This document shows, one piece after another, positions 1 through 9,786 of a stretch of 64,000 bases of DNA (within the stretch, counting starts at the first letter, position 1; the number at the start of each line of letters is the position of its first letter). Origin of the DNA: Candidatus Heimdallarchaeota archaeon (lineage in GTDB: Archaea > Asgardarchaeota > Heimdallarchaeia > Hodarchaeales > Hodarchaeaceae); the NCBI GenBank assembly GCA_048881705.1, contig JBHLSH010000003.1:1-64000 (forward strand), read 5' to 3'. The position numbers were made by a program, and so were the translations under genes. The notes under the pieces were generated by a model that saw nothing but the letters and a program-made list of their open reading frames with translations, was not told where the DNA came from and made no database searches.

Positions 1-902
1 CCAATCACGCAATCCTGTTCTATGCAGCTAAATTCCCGAATTAGGCTATTTGTCCCAATGTAACTATTCTTTCCGATAAAGCACGGCCCAACTATCTTGG
101 CGTTCGTGTCAATGACAACATTCTCATCTATGAGTACTAATCCCGAAATATGAGCCGAAGGGGCAATCTCTGCTGTTTTATGAATACGCGCATATGTTAA
201 GGGTTTGAAAAGATCCCTATTTGCCGCCAAAAGATCCCATGCATAGCCGACATCGATCCACTCATCCTGCCAGATCGAAGCACAAAAGCGTCGTCGTTCC
301 CCAATAAGCCTTGTTAAGGCGCTTGTCAATATCCGTTCTTGTTTAAGAACGTCGAAAAATTCTCTAGGTAAGATTGCAGCTCCCGCAAAAATATAAGGTA
401 TATCTGCATCTTCCATGCTAGTATCAGGGAGGATTTCCGTAATAAAGCCTCTATCGTCGGTACCAACTATCCCGAATTCAGCCGATTTGCCCACTAAAGT
501 AACGGCAATGGCGCCATCAGCCGCCGTACGGACATATGAATCCCGAAGATGGTCATAGAATTTTACAGGGGCAACTATATCGCCATATGCGAGTATAAAT
601 TCATCAGTATCAGTGAAATGCGTTCTGGCTGCAAGAATCGCGCCTTCGATTCCCTCCGCTTCACCTTGATCTACAATAGTAATAGCGCATCCTTGCTGCC
701 GATATTCATGGAGTAAGGGATGAATTTTTTTTTGAAGGTAACCCACAACAACCACAAACTCCTCAATTCCAGTTTTAATGAGCCCATCAAGCACATATTG
801 CAAGATAGGTTTTCCATGGAGCTGAAACATGGTTTTTGGAGTATAGGTTGATAGGGGTAACGCTTCTCTTCCACTACCTCCTGCTAAAACGAGAGCTTTC
901 AT
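1..902 (-). CDS. Sugar-phosphate nucleotidyltransferase with C-terminal hexapeptide repeats (GlmU-like bifunctional enzyme), truncated by the window edge
   Basis: Not in the ORF track because it runs off the window. Manual translation from the ATG at 902: MKALVLAGGSGREALPLSTYTPKTMFQLHGKPILQYVLDGL...AYGD, then left-handed beta-helix-type repeats (IAPSAHISGLVLIDENVVIDTNAKIVGPCFIGKNSYIG). An AGGAG lies upstream. Confidence 0.85.
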   Translation of the reverse strand, partial: MKALVLAGGSGREALPLSTYTPKTMFQLHGKPILQYVLDGLIKTGIEEFVVVVGYLQKKIHPLLHEYRQQGCAITIVDQGEAEGIEGAILAARTHFTDTDEFILAYGDIVAPVKFYDHLRDSYVRTAADGAIAVTLVGKSAEFGIVGTDDRGFITEILPDTSMEDADIPYIFAGAAILPREFFDVLKQERILTSALTRLIGERRRFCASIWQDEWIDVGYAWDLLAANRDLFKPLTYARIHKTAEIAPSAHISGLVLIDENVVIDTNAKIVGPCFIGKNSYIGTNSLIREFSCIEQDCVI

Positions 903-1078
903 AGTTCGGAATATCTCCTTTCAATAGTGGCTTGGATAGATAGTTGAAAAAAATACTCCTATTGATAACACGCTAATTTTTGGTTAAATGCGCGTTTACG
1001 CCAAATCATCCTGAGGAAAGCACAATTTAGCTATACATAACATGCATAAAGGAGGTTAAGAATCTAAACCGCATCACT

Positions 1079-1114
1079 ATTTGGATGAAATTACTTGTTT
1101 TGGCGCATCCAAAT
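1079..1114. terminator. 9-bp inverted repeat just downstream of the hydrolase stop codon; possible terminator hairpin
   Basis: ATTTGGATG (1079-1087) and CATCCAAAT (1106-1114) are exact reverse complements, 2 nt from the stop at 1117. Confidence 0.35.
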
Positions 1115-1116
1115 CC

Positions 1117-2031
1117 TTATGATAAGGGGTTTGATAGGAGCTCCCGCTGGATGAGCTGACAAATGCGCTGGCCAGAGGGGTTATTCTTCCACCTTAAAAG
1201 ATCCATATGGGTAGCGTTCTTACTCGTAAAATTCCGAGCGTATGGTAATGGAACGCTTGAACCATCGACTAAACCATCATTTGGGATAATCCCTGGATGT
1301 AAAAATGGAGAATTCCTATCTATCCAAAACTTACGGAAGAGCAGCGGCTGCCAAACAATACCTAGTAAACCAGACGAATTCAATCCTCTTACTGTCACCC
1401 ATTTAAGGGACCTTAGAATTGTCATCCGTTCCTTTCTAGGTTTATTCAAACGTTTAAGGAAGGTGGATTTGGGAATCATCTGGATAAACTGGGATTTTAA
1501 GATGTCAAAATCCTCCCTGGTAATCCCACCTCGAGGGAGTTCCAGAATGAGATTGAGTCCTGAAAGGAGAATATCTAATGGAATGTTGATGGCTCGCTGA
1601 GCCAAACGAGTTCCACGATTGGGCGTACCCAAGAGGTGAACCTTCCTGACTATTCCTTTCCCAATTCTCAACCCTTGAAGATTTCTATTGGGAGTTGCTA
1701 GATAGGTTAAGAGAGCTCTAGTAACCAATCCCCCCATACTGTGGCTAAAAAAGTCAATATATACCTCCTCTGGATGATCCTGCAACCGAGAGTCTATTTC
1801 ATAAAAAAGCTTGTGGGATAGGGTCTGTTTGGTATCCCTGGAATAAATTGGTGTCATTAGATCGTAAGGGAGGCTAAAATCAAGACCATGACTTGAACTG
1901 TAGTAGGTAAGGTTCCACACCTTGGAATAATACTCTGTGAATGGAGGGGAGCTTAGAGAGTCTTCGATCTCTTTCATAAATCCTCGAGAACCTGCAAAAC
2001 CATGAACAATTATTGCGATTATATCCATCAA
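1117..2031 (-). CDS. Alpha/beta-fold hydrolase (lipase/esterase, PGAP1/DUF676-like)
   Basis: Oxyanion VHGFAGS, nucleophile elbow FSHSMGG, LLGTPNRG, candidate catalytic Asp (NDGLV) and His (ATHMDL). Confidence 0.8.
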   Translation of the reverse strand: MMDIIAIIVHGFAGSRGFMKEIEDSLSSPPFTEYYSKVWNLTYYSSSHGLDFSLPYDLMTPIYSRDTKQTLSHKLFYEIDSRLQDHPEEVYIDFFSHSMGGLVTRALLTYLATPNRNLQGLRIGKGIVRKVHLLGTPNRGTRLAQRAINIPLDILLSGLNLILELPRGGITREDFDILKSQFIQMIPKSTFLKRLNKPRKERMTILRSLKWVTVRGLNSSGLLGIVWQPLLFRKFWIDRNSPFLHPGIIPNDGLVDGSSVPLPYARNFTSKNATHMDLLRWKNNPSGQRICQLIQRELLSNPLS

Positions 2032-2067
2032 GCACCACTTCCTATTAAAAGCTCTAGTCCAGTTTCA

Positions 2068-2766
2068 TTAGGTGATTACCTTTAACAATTCGATTTCCTT
2101 GAGATATTGCTTAGTTTCTCGGAAGTTTAAGTCATACCAATCCTTATAAGCGTCCGCTACTGCAAATGGGTAGTGGGTTCGGATATTTAAACATATGATC
2201 TTGTCAACTGAATTTTCTAAACGAGCTAGGGAGCTCTCAGGGGCGGTCGGAACGGCAACTATGATCTTTTCAGCTCCTAATCTTCTCAACCATTTGGCCC
2301 CAGCCATTATAGAATAGCCAGATGCGATCCCATCGTCCACAATCAGGACATTTCTTCCGTAGACTTGAGGCTGCGATAATGCACCAACTTGAAACTCCCT
2401 CCTACGTTTTTCAATCTGCTGTCTGGCCCGTTCGATTTGTTGATCAAGCTGAAAACTATGCAAAGCCAAAACATCCACAATTCGCTCATTCAGGAAGATC
2501 TGCCCATCAGGCGTTACAGCTCCCATTCCTGCCTCTGAATTATTTGGTATCTGAATCTTTCTTACGATTAGCAGATCATATTGTGCGGTACGCGGAATTA
2601 GTGGAAACTCCAACAACCCCAAACCTACGGGTACCCCTCCTGCTGGGACCATAAAAAGGACATCAAAATCCTCCAAACTTATAAATGGCCCAAGGAGAAA
2701 TCCTGCGTGCCTTCTCGATTTAAAAATCGAATAATGGTTACGAAGGTATTTATCCTCGATAATCAT
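2068..2766 (-). CDS. Phosphoribosyltransferase family protein
   Basis: PRPP-binding loop VLIVDDGIASG; the GGVPV, RKI..P.N.E.GMGAV and AVPTAP motifs are typical of this PRTase subfamily. Confidence 0.85.
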   Translation of the reverse strand: MIIEDKYLRNHYSIFKSRRHAGFLLGPFISLEDFDVLFMVPAGGVPVGLGLLEFPLIPRTAQYDLLIVRKIQIPNNSEAGMGAVTPDGQIFLNERIVDVLALHSFQLDQQIERARQQIEKRRREFQVGALSQPQVYGRNVLIVDDGIASGYSIMAGAKWLRRLGAEKIIVAVPTAPESSLARLENSVDKIICLNIRTHYPFAVADAYKDWYDLNFRETKQYLKEIELLKVIT

Positions 2767-2802
2767 TTTTCCATCTCGAGGCGTGAAACACGTTTAGAAG
2801 TC

Positions 2803-4308
2803 CTATAAATCATATAAATGCAGATATTTCTGATTTAGATAGTTTTTATAATACCTAGCTTTTAATTCCTCGCCGGAAACGTTTCTTACGAGGTCTAAAG
2901 TATCAAAAAGGGCTCCTTTAGAGTGAATATTTCGGCCAAGCCAGGTTAGAATGGGAGTTATTTCACCTTGTTCAAGCGAATGGTGCCAATCCTTCAATTC
3001 ACGCGTTAACGCTGACGAGAATTGGGAACAAATCATATCTCCCAAGCTATACCCAAAAAAATAACCCCAATAATGGGAATACCAGTGGATATCCTGCATG
3101 ACGCCGTTTGAATCGGAATCAACTTCTACACCTAGGTACTGCTCATACTTTTCATTCCATAACTCGGGAAGTTCATCAGTCCCATTTAGGCCAGCAAACA
3201 AGTCTCGTTCCAGCTCAAAACGGATAACGATATGTAGGAGATATGTCAACTCATCCGCTTCAATTCGGATCTTTCCAGGTTTAATGGTATTAATGGCAGA
3301 ATAAAATTCATCCAAGGCAACATCGTTGAATATTCTCTCAGTTAGTTTTTGGAACCTGGGATAATAAAACGACCAGAATTCATGACTTAATCCTATAATA
3401 TTCTCAAAGAAACGAGACTGAGACTCACTTATTGAAGGGTAACCAATAAGATTGACTGGTTGATGAAACCATTCAGGATTTTTTTGCAAACCATGGATCG
3501 CGTGTCCGCATTCATGCATAAAGGCCGAAATGGCCTTAAAAACGTGGGTTTTGTGATACTTTACAGTGACTCTAACGTCTTGGGGACCACAGCCAAACGT
3601 AATGGGATGTTCTACCTCATCGATTCTCCCATTCTCTCTAGAATACCCAAGAACCTTTGAAAGATCATGTATTATTGCTTTTTGCGCTGATAGGGGCACC
3701 TCGCGAGCTAAAATCTGACCCTCGTTTTGTCTAGAATTTCCGATCTTTTTTATCAAGCTAATCGAGGTAGATTTTGCAACATCAAACAAACTAGTGAGGA
3801 AGTCTGTCGTCAATCCTGGATCTCTCAATCCGATTAACGCATTGTAGGGGTCGTTTATATTCTTATTATCCGCAATGAGTGAGGCACGTTTTAAATTCAA
3901 TTCAAATAATCTTGCTAATGCTGGTTTTACCTTTTTAAAACTATTTATTTTCTTCGCTCTTTTCCAGATCTCCTGAGTAAGATTTGCCTGTTTTGCTAGT
4001 TCTTGAACCAGATCTAGAGGTAAACTGATCCGATTTTCTACCTCGCGTCTACATAGTACAATATTTCTCTTCTGAACTGGATCTAAGTTGCCGTTTTTTT
4101 CACATGCCGAAACTAATTCTAGAAATTTAGGATGTGTCCAGCGCTTGTGTAGCTGCTGTTGCAACCAAGCTGATTGTTCTGATCTAAACTCCAGACCATT
4201 TGGGGGCATTCCTGTATTGAGATCCCAAAATAGTATACCGCGTAGAGATTCAAGAATAGCGATATCCTTGAATTTCTTCATCAGTTGAACGTACGAGGTT
4301 TCTTTCAT
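2803..4308 (-). CDS. Carboxypeptidase M32 family
   Basis: HECGH zinc motif, EHPIT, SESQSRFFEN, IRIEADELTY, GVMQDIHW and the typical ~500-aa length. Its start overlaps the upstream stop (TAATG). Confidence 0.93.
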   Translation of the reverse strand: MKETSYVQLMKKFKDIAILESLRGILFWDLNTGMPPNGLEFRSEQSAWLQQQLHKRWTHPKFLELVSACEKNGNLDPVQKRNIVLCRREVENRISLPLDLVQELAKQANLTQEIWKRAKKINSFKKVKPALARLFELNLKRASLIADNKNINDPYNALIGLRDPGLTTDFLTSLFDVAKSTSISLIKKIGNSRQNEGQILAREVPLSAQKAIIHDLSKVLGYSRENGRIDEVEHPITFGCGPQDVRVTVKYHKTHVFKAISAFMHECGHAIHGLQKNPEWFHQPVNLIGYPSISESQSRFFENIIGLSHEFWSFYYPRFQKLTERIFNDVALDEFYSAINTIKPGKIRIEADELTYLLHIVIRFELERDLFAGLNGTDELPELWNEKYEQYLGVEVDSDSNGVMQDIHWYSHYWGYFFGYSLGDMICSQFSSALTRELKDWHHSLEQGEITPILTWLGRNIHSKGALFDTLDLVRNVSGEELKARYYKNYLNQKYLHLYDL

Positions 4309-4997
4309 TAATTTCCCATCTTATCCCCATTGCCATTACTTATTTTGGGACCGTAATAGTCTACCATCGCTCTCACCATTTCATTAAATGGAAGATCTGC
4401 TGTAACTCCCCTATCTCTAATGTATTCAACGAACGGTCTGCCCAAATTATCATATGGTTGAAATATCGCGTCTCCTATTCCGTTAAAATCGCATAATGGA
4501 TAATCATGTTTCTCGCATAGAGGTTGCTCAAAAGATGGTGTCATCTTATACCATCTGCCATTAAGGAAAGCTTCCGCGTATGCATGGAATACAAAAACGT
4601 TCGAACCTCCCATTAGATCTCGAAACCGTTGGGGGCTTCTATGGTTTATTATATCTGCAAAATGAAGTCGTGCTGGAATTTCTCTTGCTCTGAGGAGAGC
4701 AACTACGGTAATCGACTTTGGAATACAAAAACCCCGCTTAACTTTAAGTGTAGTACTTGCTTTGAATCCAATAGGGTCGTGTAATTGAAAATCCTTTACA
4801 CTGTACGGAATATTATCACGAACCCAGCGAAAAATATTACTTGTGACTTTTTTTGGATTATTATTACTTCCTGAAAGCTCTTTAGCTAATTTAGCCACGG
4901 ATTCTTCCTTAAAATCGATGTAAAAAGTTGGTTCAAGGAATTTCTTTAGAGAGGGGTCTTCCATTACCTGACTCACCAAAATAGAGACATAATTCAA
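4308..4997 (-). CDS. Transglutaminase-like (TGc) domain protein
   Basis: Catalytic Cys in GFCIPKS and His in FHAYAE, plus W.KMTPSF. The start could be the TTG at 4997 (overlapping the MTase stop) or the ATG at 4964. Confidence 0.8.
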   Translation of the reverse strand: MNYVSILVSQVMEDPSLKKFLEPTFYIDFKEESVAKLAKELSGSNNNPKKVTSNIFRWVRDNIPYSVKDFQLHDPIGFKASTTLKVKRGFCIPKSITVVALLRAREIPARLHFADIINHRSPQRFRDLMGGSNVFVFHAYAEAFLNGRWYKMTPSFEQPLCEKHDYPLCDFNGIGDAIFQPYDNLGRPFVEYIRDRGVTADLPFNEMVRAMVDYYGPKISNGNGDKMGN

Positions 4998-7069
4998 GAG
5001 GTGCGAATATCTTGATATAATTGACGTGCAAGCATTTTATGCTTTGACTGAAGCTGCTCCTTTTTCTTATCTCTAAGATGAAATTGATCCAGAATATGAT
5101 CAAATTGGGGAAGATCTAGACCATAGAGCTGTGCAACCAAACAATCTACTTGAGCTAAAAGCTCCAATCTGGAGCAAGTTATAGTAGGGAAAAAATTTCG
5201 CGGTGGGTCTCGCATCAGAGCGTTAACTGAGCTGACGATGTTTTTGTAGAGAGACCTACTGTTGGATATCCGAGGTACTGGCATATCATAAATAAAGAAC
5301 ATATTAAGATTCTGTGAAATCTTCAATCTGAGAAGAAAATCAAATACAAAGCTGTTAAAAATGCCTGTCAAATAATATATGTCATTGGGGGACAGAAGTC
5401 TTTTGGAATCATGCCCATCAGCAAAGATCTTGGTTAGAATCAAAGAATTCCCACAAACAGCATCCACAGGTAAGATAGTTGCTATCATAGTGCGTCGATT
5501 GGTTGATGCAGCAACCGCTCTGAAAGCGAGCCTTATTTCTCCAGGTTCCCTGTATTTGACACCAAATTTGGAACTGATTGCGTCATCTGTAATCCAAAAG
5601 CGAGGTTCCCTAAAAAAGGGGTTGTATTGTTCAATCATCTTTCCCTCAAACACCCTAAATCCATCCCCATGTTTATTAAACAAGTGGCTGTCGAGTGTTA
5701 TGTCAAGTTCTCTTTTTAAACGAAACTTCCAGGAACCCCCTATATCTTGTCCAAGGGGAGGATATTTATACAAATGCTCCGTGATTTCAAGATCTAGGGG
5801 AGACTTAAATTCCATAATCGACCACGAAGAAGGGGAATAATCTTTAATTCTATTCCAATCTAAGGGCAAACTCCTCCCAGGAAGATCAGGCACTAATTCT
5901 GAATTGTGATTCATAAACGACGAATGAAAAACTTTTGTATTTCCTGCTTTCTTGAAAATCAAAATATCGAACTTAAACGATCTATGTATATTTGGAAAAA
6001 TACCATTTCTATTCTCAAAACAATGTAGATGCTTGACCTGACCTTGATCAAAAATAAGCTCCCTCAAACCTTTGGTTCCTGCATCAGTATGGAAACCCGA
6101 TGGAATAATAACCCCACAATATCCACCTGGGAGCGTTAGTTCGTAAGTCCGCTCTAGGAATAATTTGTAGAGATTGAAATCGCCGCTAATTGTTTTTTTA
6201 TTCCCAACTACCGTCAAACGCCCGGATTGGTGGTTATATACCTCACTTCTAAAGAACCTTAACTGATTTCTTATGTTTGATTTATAATTAAGCCATTCTT
6301 GTCTAACAATTCTGTCAGAAAGAAGTTTTTTGATTTTTTTCCTAGCTGTAATCTTATCGACACGATATTTGGTTAGTTCGGGATCATAAGAAGAGAAAAA
6401 TTCCTTTTCAAGTGGCTTTAAAATGTTCCACGGAGGATTCCCTAACGTTATATGGAATCCTCCACCCCTAAGAGCGTCTGGAAACTCTAATTCCCAATCA
6501 AACCATTCTATTCCTTTTATTGAATTTGATGTCTGGCCATCTAGCAAGCCTAGAAGGGCGTTACCCTGCCGAATATGCTTCCGAATATGAGTCTGAAATG
6601 AATTTTGCTGACCAGCACCAGATTCAACTATTATACTATCACAGAGGCGCGCTATGGTCTTTTCAACAGCATGCTTAGATGTATCCACTCCAAAAAGACT
6701 ATTTATGACGATGTGAGATCTGATTTCGGATAAGGGAAGGTCGCATATTCCCCTATTTTGCAGGACCTGATAAATTTGTTCAAGGATACTCAGAGCATTA
6801 ATTAGAAAGACTCCTGAACCTACTGAGGGATCCAGGATTCTAATATCGTGAAGAATATCAAAAATCTGTTCTAAATGAGCATCTGGCAATATATCGATTG
6901 GATCGAAAATTGGTTTATCCAACAATTCGAAGTCAAATTGAGTTGTTTTGTTAATCATATCATAAATGTAGGATAGGATTGATTGCTGACACAAGAACGT
7001 GATTAAGGGTGTAGATTCTGGGGTATAATAGATACCTTTATCCTTTTTTTGACGAAAAGACACAGACAT
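4994..7069 (-). CDS. N6-adenine DNA methyltransferase with target-recognition region (Eco57I/type IIG-like M+TRD); no nuclease domain seen
   Basis: YYTP, motif I ILDPSVGSG, motif IV GNPPW, NLYKLFLER, FENRNGIF, TRD-like RLAFRAVAASTNRRTMIATILP, and C-terminal VDCLVAQLYGL. Confidence 0.85.
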   Translation of the reverse strand: MSVSFRQKKDKGIYYTPESTPLITFLCQQSILSYIYDMINKTTQFDFELLDKPIFDPIDILPDAHLEQIFDILHDIRILDPSVGSGVFLINALSILEQIYQVLQNRGICDLPLSEIRSHIVINSLFGVDTSKHAVEKTIARLCDSIIVESGAGQQNSFQTHIRKHIRQGNALLGLLDGQTSNSIKGIEWFDWELEFPDALRGGGFHITLGNPPWNILKPLEKEFFSSYDPELTKYRVDKITARKKIKKLLSDRIVRQEWLNYKSNIRNQLRFFRSEVYNHQSGRLTVVGNKKTISGDFNLYKLFLERTYELTLPGGYCGVIIPSGFHTDAGTKGLRELIFDQGQVKHLHCFENRNGIFPNIHRSFKFDILIFKKAGNTKVFHSSFMNHNSELVPDLPGRSLPLDWNRIKDYSPSSWSIMEFKSPLDLEITEHLYKYPPLGQDIGGSWKFRLKRELDITLDSHLFNKHGDGFRVFEGKMIEQYNPFFREPRFWITDDAISSKFGVKYREPGEIRLAFRAVAASTNRRTMIATILPVDAVCGNSLILTKIFADGHDSKRLLSPNDIYYLTGIFNSFVFDFLLRLKISQNLNMFFIYDMPVPRISNSRSLYKNIVSSVNALMRDPPRNFFPTITCSRLELLAQVDCLVAQLYGLDLPQFDHILDQFHLRDKKKEQLQSKHKMLARQLYQDIRTS

Positions 7070-7406
7070 TTAGAATCAACGAAGCATCATTTTTTGCACA
7101 ATTTAGTGAGCTGGCACAGATATATTGCTAAGTAGACTCCATAGGACAAATTTGGAAGGATTACGTAAAATCTTAGCTTTCTTGAATTCCATTGACAAAT
7201 ATAATCTTTAACTAGGACTCACATGAATGATAGAGGTATGCGGATTTTGACTTATGGCACACTAATCTATCAAGGATATATAGGTGACGCGTTATCGAGT
7301 TATCGGGACTATCGTGTTACTTTCTATGAGTTTACATAATTTTCATATGAAGGGGAGAAACTCATCATTTTTTGGAAGATAAATGCCAGAATGAGGGTAC
7401 CTTAGG

Positions 7407-8342
7407 ATGGCAGGTTTACAGACGACACATATCACCAGTATTCGAGACATGGGGGAACCAGATCTGTCAACAATACTGGATAGAGCTCAAGAAATTAAAT
7501 CCAATCCGAAAGCGTTCTATGGACGGTTAACAGGTAAAATATTAGGACTTGCGTTTTGGGAAGCAAGTACCCGAACGCGTTTGTCTTTCGAAAGTGCCAT
7601 GTTACGCCTAGGTGGGCAAACTTCTGGGTTTTCAAGTGGTTTGGGAACCTCAATAGAAAAGGGTGAAAGTCTATCAGACACGGTTACGATGCTTGCATCT
7701 TATACAGATGGAATCGTAATACGGCATCCCTTGCGTGGTTCAGCTAAGCTGGCATCGGAAGTTGCTGATCGATTTGGTATCCCAGTAATCTCAGGGGGAT
7801 CTGGAAGCCAAGAACATCCGACACAAGCAATACAAGATATCTTCACGATCAAAGAAAAGCTAGGCCGATTAACAGGCCTTAATGTAGGATTGATTGGAGA
7901 TCTGATGTTTAGCAGGACAATCTCGTCGCTCCTGTTTGCTCTAAGCAAGTTTGGTAAAAATATGATATATCCAATATCGCATCCATCGTTACGCCTTCAA
8001 GACGAGCTTAAATATGATTTAGAAAGAACCAATCTAACTTTAGAAGAACACGACGAACTTTCGCATGTAATTGAGTCTCTTGATGTCCTGTATGTTACCC
8101 GATTACAAAAAGAAAGATTTCCCGATCCTGACTTATACAATAAGGTTAAAGGATCTTATCAAGTCCGACCTTCCCTACTACATGGGGCAAAAAAGGAATT
8201 AATAATTCTTCACCCTTTGCCCCGCGTAGATGAAATACCTTATGAAATTGACCGCTCTGGTCACGCATTTTATTTCGAGCAGGCCCGAAATGGGGTGTTC
8301 ACTCGAATGGCAATTTTAGATTTCCTTCTTGGAGATAGCTGA
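7407..8342 (+). CDS. pyrB: Aspartate carbamoyltransferase catalytic subunit
   Basis: FWEASTRTRLSFE, KGESLSDT, IRHP, EHPTQA, GDLMFSRT, YVTRLQKERF, LHPLPR. Confidence 0.98.
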   Translation: MAGLQTTHITSIRDMGEPDLSTILDRAQEIKSNPKAFYGRLTGKILGLAFWEASTRTRLSFESAMLRLGGQTSGFSSGLGTSIEKGESLSDTVTMLASYTDGIVIRHPLRGSAKLASEVADRFGIPVISGGSGSQEHPTQAIQDIFTIKEKLGRLTGLNVGLIGDLMFSRTISSLLFALSKFGKNMIYPISHPSLRLQDELKYDLERTNLTLEEHDELSHVIESLDVLYVTRLQKERFPDPDLYNKVKGSYQVRPSLLHGAKKELIILHPLPRVDEIPYEIDRSGHAFYFEQARNGVFTRMAILDFLLGDS

Positions 8343-8343
8343 A

Positions 8344-8829
8344 ATGGGAGCAGATACCAATGTTAATGATAAGAAGCTAAGTGTCGCGAAAATTGATAAT
8401 GGCATTGTAATCGATCATATAACTCCACCTGGACGAGCATTCTATGTATTAAAAGCTCTGAACATTGATGAAAGCTATCCACATTCAGTTTTTGTTGCTC
8501 TCAATGTTCCTTCACAAAAATTAGGCCGCAAGGATGTATTAAAGATCCGTAATGTCACGGATATCGACTTAACAAAATTAGGACTTATCGTATCTGGAGC
8601 TAATGTTATTTTTATCAAGGACTACCATATCATACGGAAGGAGAAGATACAAACTCCAGAACGAGTCACTGGGTTGATAAGCTGTCCCGGATTAAGTTGT
8701 ATTACCAATCAACGAGAAGACGTAGTTCCTGAATATATTGTAAGGAATCAAGACGAGCCTATTCAGCTACGGTGCGCTTATTGTGACAAATTATTTAATG
8801 TTCACGAACATATATCACTAATGAGGTAA
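8344..8829 (+). CDS. pyrI: Aspartate carbamoyltransferase regulatory subunit
   Basis: IDNGIVIDHI, VPSQKLGRKDVLKI, four Zn-ligand Cys (CPGLSCITN...RCAYCD). ATG 8344 after GGAG is preferred over the track's TTG at 8329. Confidence 0.96.
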   Translation: MGADTNVNDKKLSVAKIDNGIVIDHITPPGRAFYVLKALNIDESYPHSVFVALNVPSQKLGRKDVLKIRNVTDIDLTKLGLIVSGANVIFIKDYHIIRKEKIQTPERVTGLISCPGLSCITNQREDVVPEYIVRNQDEPIQLRCAYCDKLFNVHEHISLMR

Positions 8830-8853
8830 AAACACGGCTTACTCGGATCACCC

Positions 8854-9786
8854 ATGAATAAATTTTCAACGTCTATAGGCAATATTCAACTCAGAAACCC
8901 TCTGATTTTGGCATCAGGTTTCTTAGGGTCCGCTTACTCGAGTTTGAATCGTGCTTATCGTGCAGGCCTTGGTGCCGTAACAACCAAATCGATTGGTTTA
9001 AAGCCTCGCGAGGGATATCCAAATCCTTCAGTAATTTACCTGCCTGATACATTATCCATGGTAAATGCAGTAGGATTGGCAAATCCGGGCTGTGAAAAAT
9101 TCGCTTCCGAACTACTTCATTTAGAACAGGATGTAGACTATGTTATCTCAGTTTATGGTGGATCTCCAGAGGAATTTGCAGCTGTTATATCGTGTTTCCA
9201 AAAAAAAATAAAGAATCATCCGCCTCTCGCATTTGAAATGAACTTGAGCTGTCCTCATGCAAAGCAATTGGGATCTGTTGTGGGTAGTGACCCTGAAATA
9301 GTTGCGGATGTTGTAAGTGCCGCCAAAAAGGCGAGTGATTTTCCAGTATGGGTCAAGTTAACACCCAACATTACCAGCATTGTTGAAATAGGGGAAAGTG
9401 CCGTTTCAGCTGGCGCGGATGCGTTGGTTGCAATCAATACCCTGGTTGCTATGATGATCGATATAACTGTAAAAAAACCCGTATTGGGAAACAAAAAAGG
9501 TGGATTATCGGGTCGAGCAATAAAACCTATAGGTGTACGGGCCATTTATGACCTCTATGATCATTTTGGTCCAAAGGTTCCGCTAGTGGGAGTTGGAGGA
9601 ATATGGCAATGGGAGGATATAATCGAATATCTTTTAGCAGGTGCATCGGCAGTTCAATTGGGAACCATATTTACGCATACGCCATCTCCAGAAGATCTGT
9701 TACCTCAGCTCTTTTCGGAAATAAATAACTACCTCCTAAATGAGGGATTATCCTTGCCCGAATTAAGGGGATTAGCTCATGAATAA
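8854..9786 (+). CDS. pyrD: Dihydroorotate dehydrogenase family 1B, catalytic subunit
   Basis: NPLILASG, TTKS, REGYPNP, NAVGLANPG, NLSCPH, KLTPN, AINTL, GGLSG, GVGGI. Confidence 0.97.
   Translation: MNKFSTSIGNIQLRNPLILASGFLGSAYSSLNRAYRAGLGAVTTKSIGLKPREGYPNPSVIYLPDTLSMVNAVGLANPGCEKFASELLHLEQDVDYVISVYGGSPEEFAAVISCFQKKIKNHPPLAFEMNLSCPHAKQLGSVVGSDPEIVADVVSAAKKASDFPVWVKLTPNITSIVEIGESAVSAGADALVAINTLVAMMIDITVKKPVLGNKKGGLSGRAIKPIGVRAIYDLYDHFGPKVPLVGVGGIWQWEDIIEYLLAGASAVQLGTIFTHTPSPEDLLPQLFSEINNYLLNEGLSLPELRGLAHE

Noticed and set aside
671-874. 67-aa minus-strand ORF in the track
   Set aside because: It is an out-of-frame shadow inside the real nucleotidyltransferase CDS (1-902).
4994-7069. MTase as part of a BREX/DISARM or complete restriction-modification system
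   Set aside because: No helicase, ATPase, PglZ or nuclease partner is nearby.
7223-7339. 38-aa ORF upstream of pyrB (MNDRGMRILTYGTLI...DYRVTF), faintly like a gamma-glutamylcyclotransferase N-terminus or a leader peptide
   Set aside because: Too short, with no convincing continuation in other frames; the resemblance could be chance.
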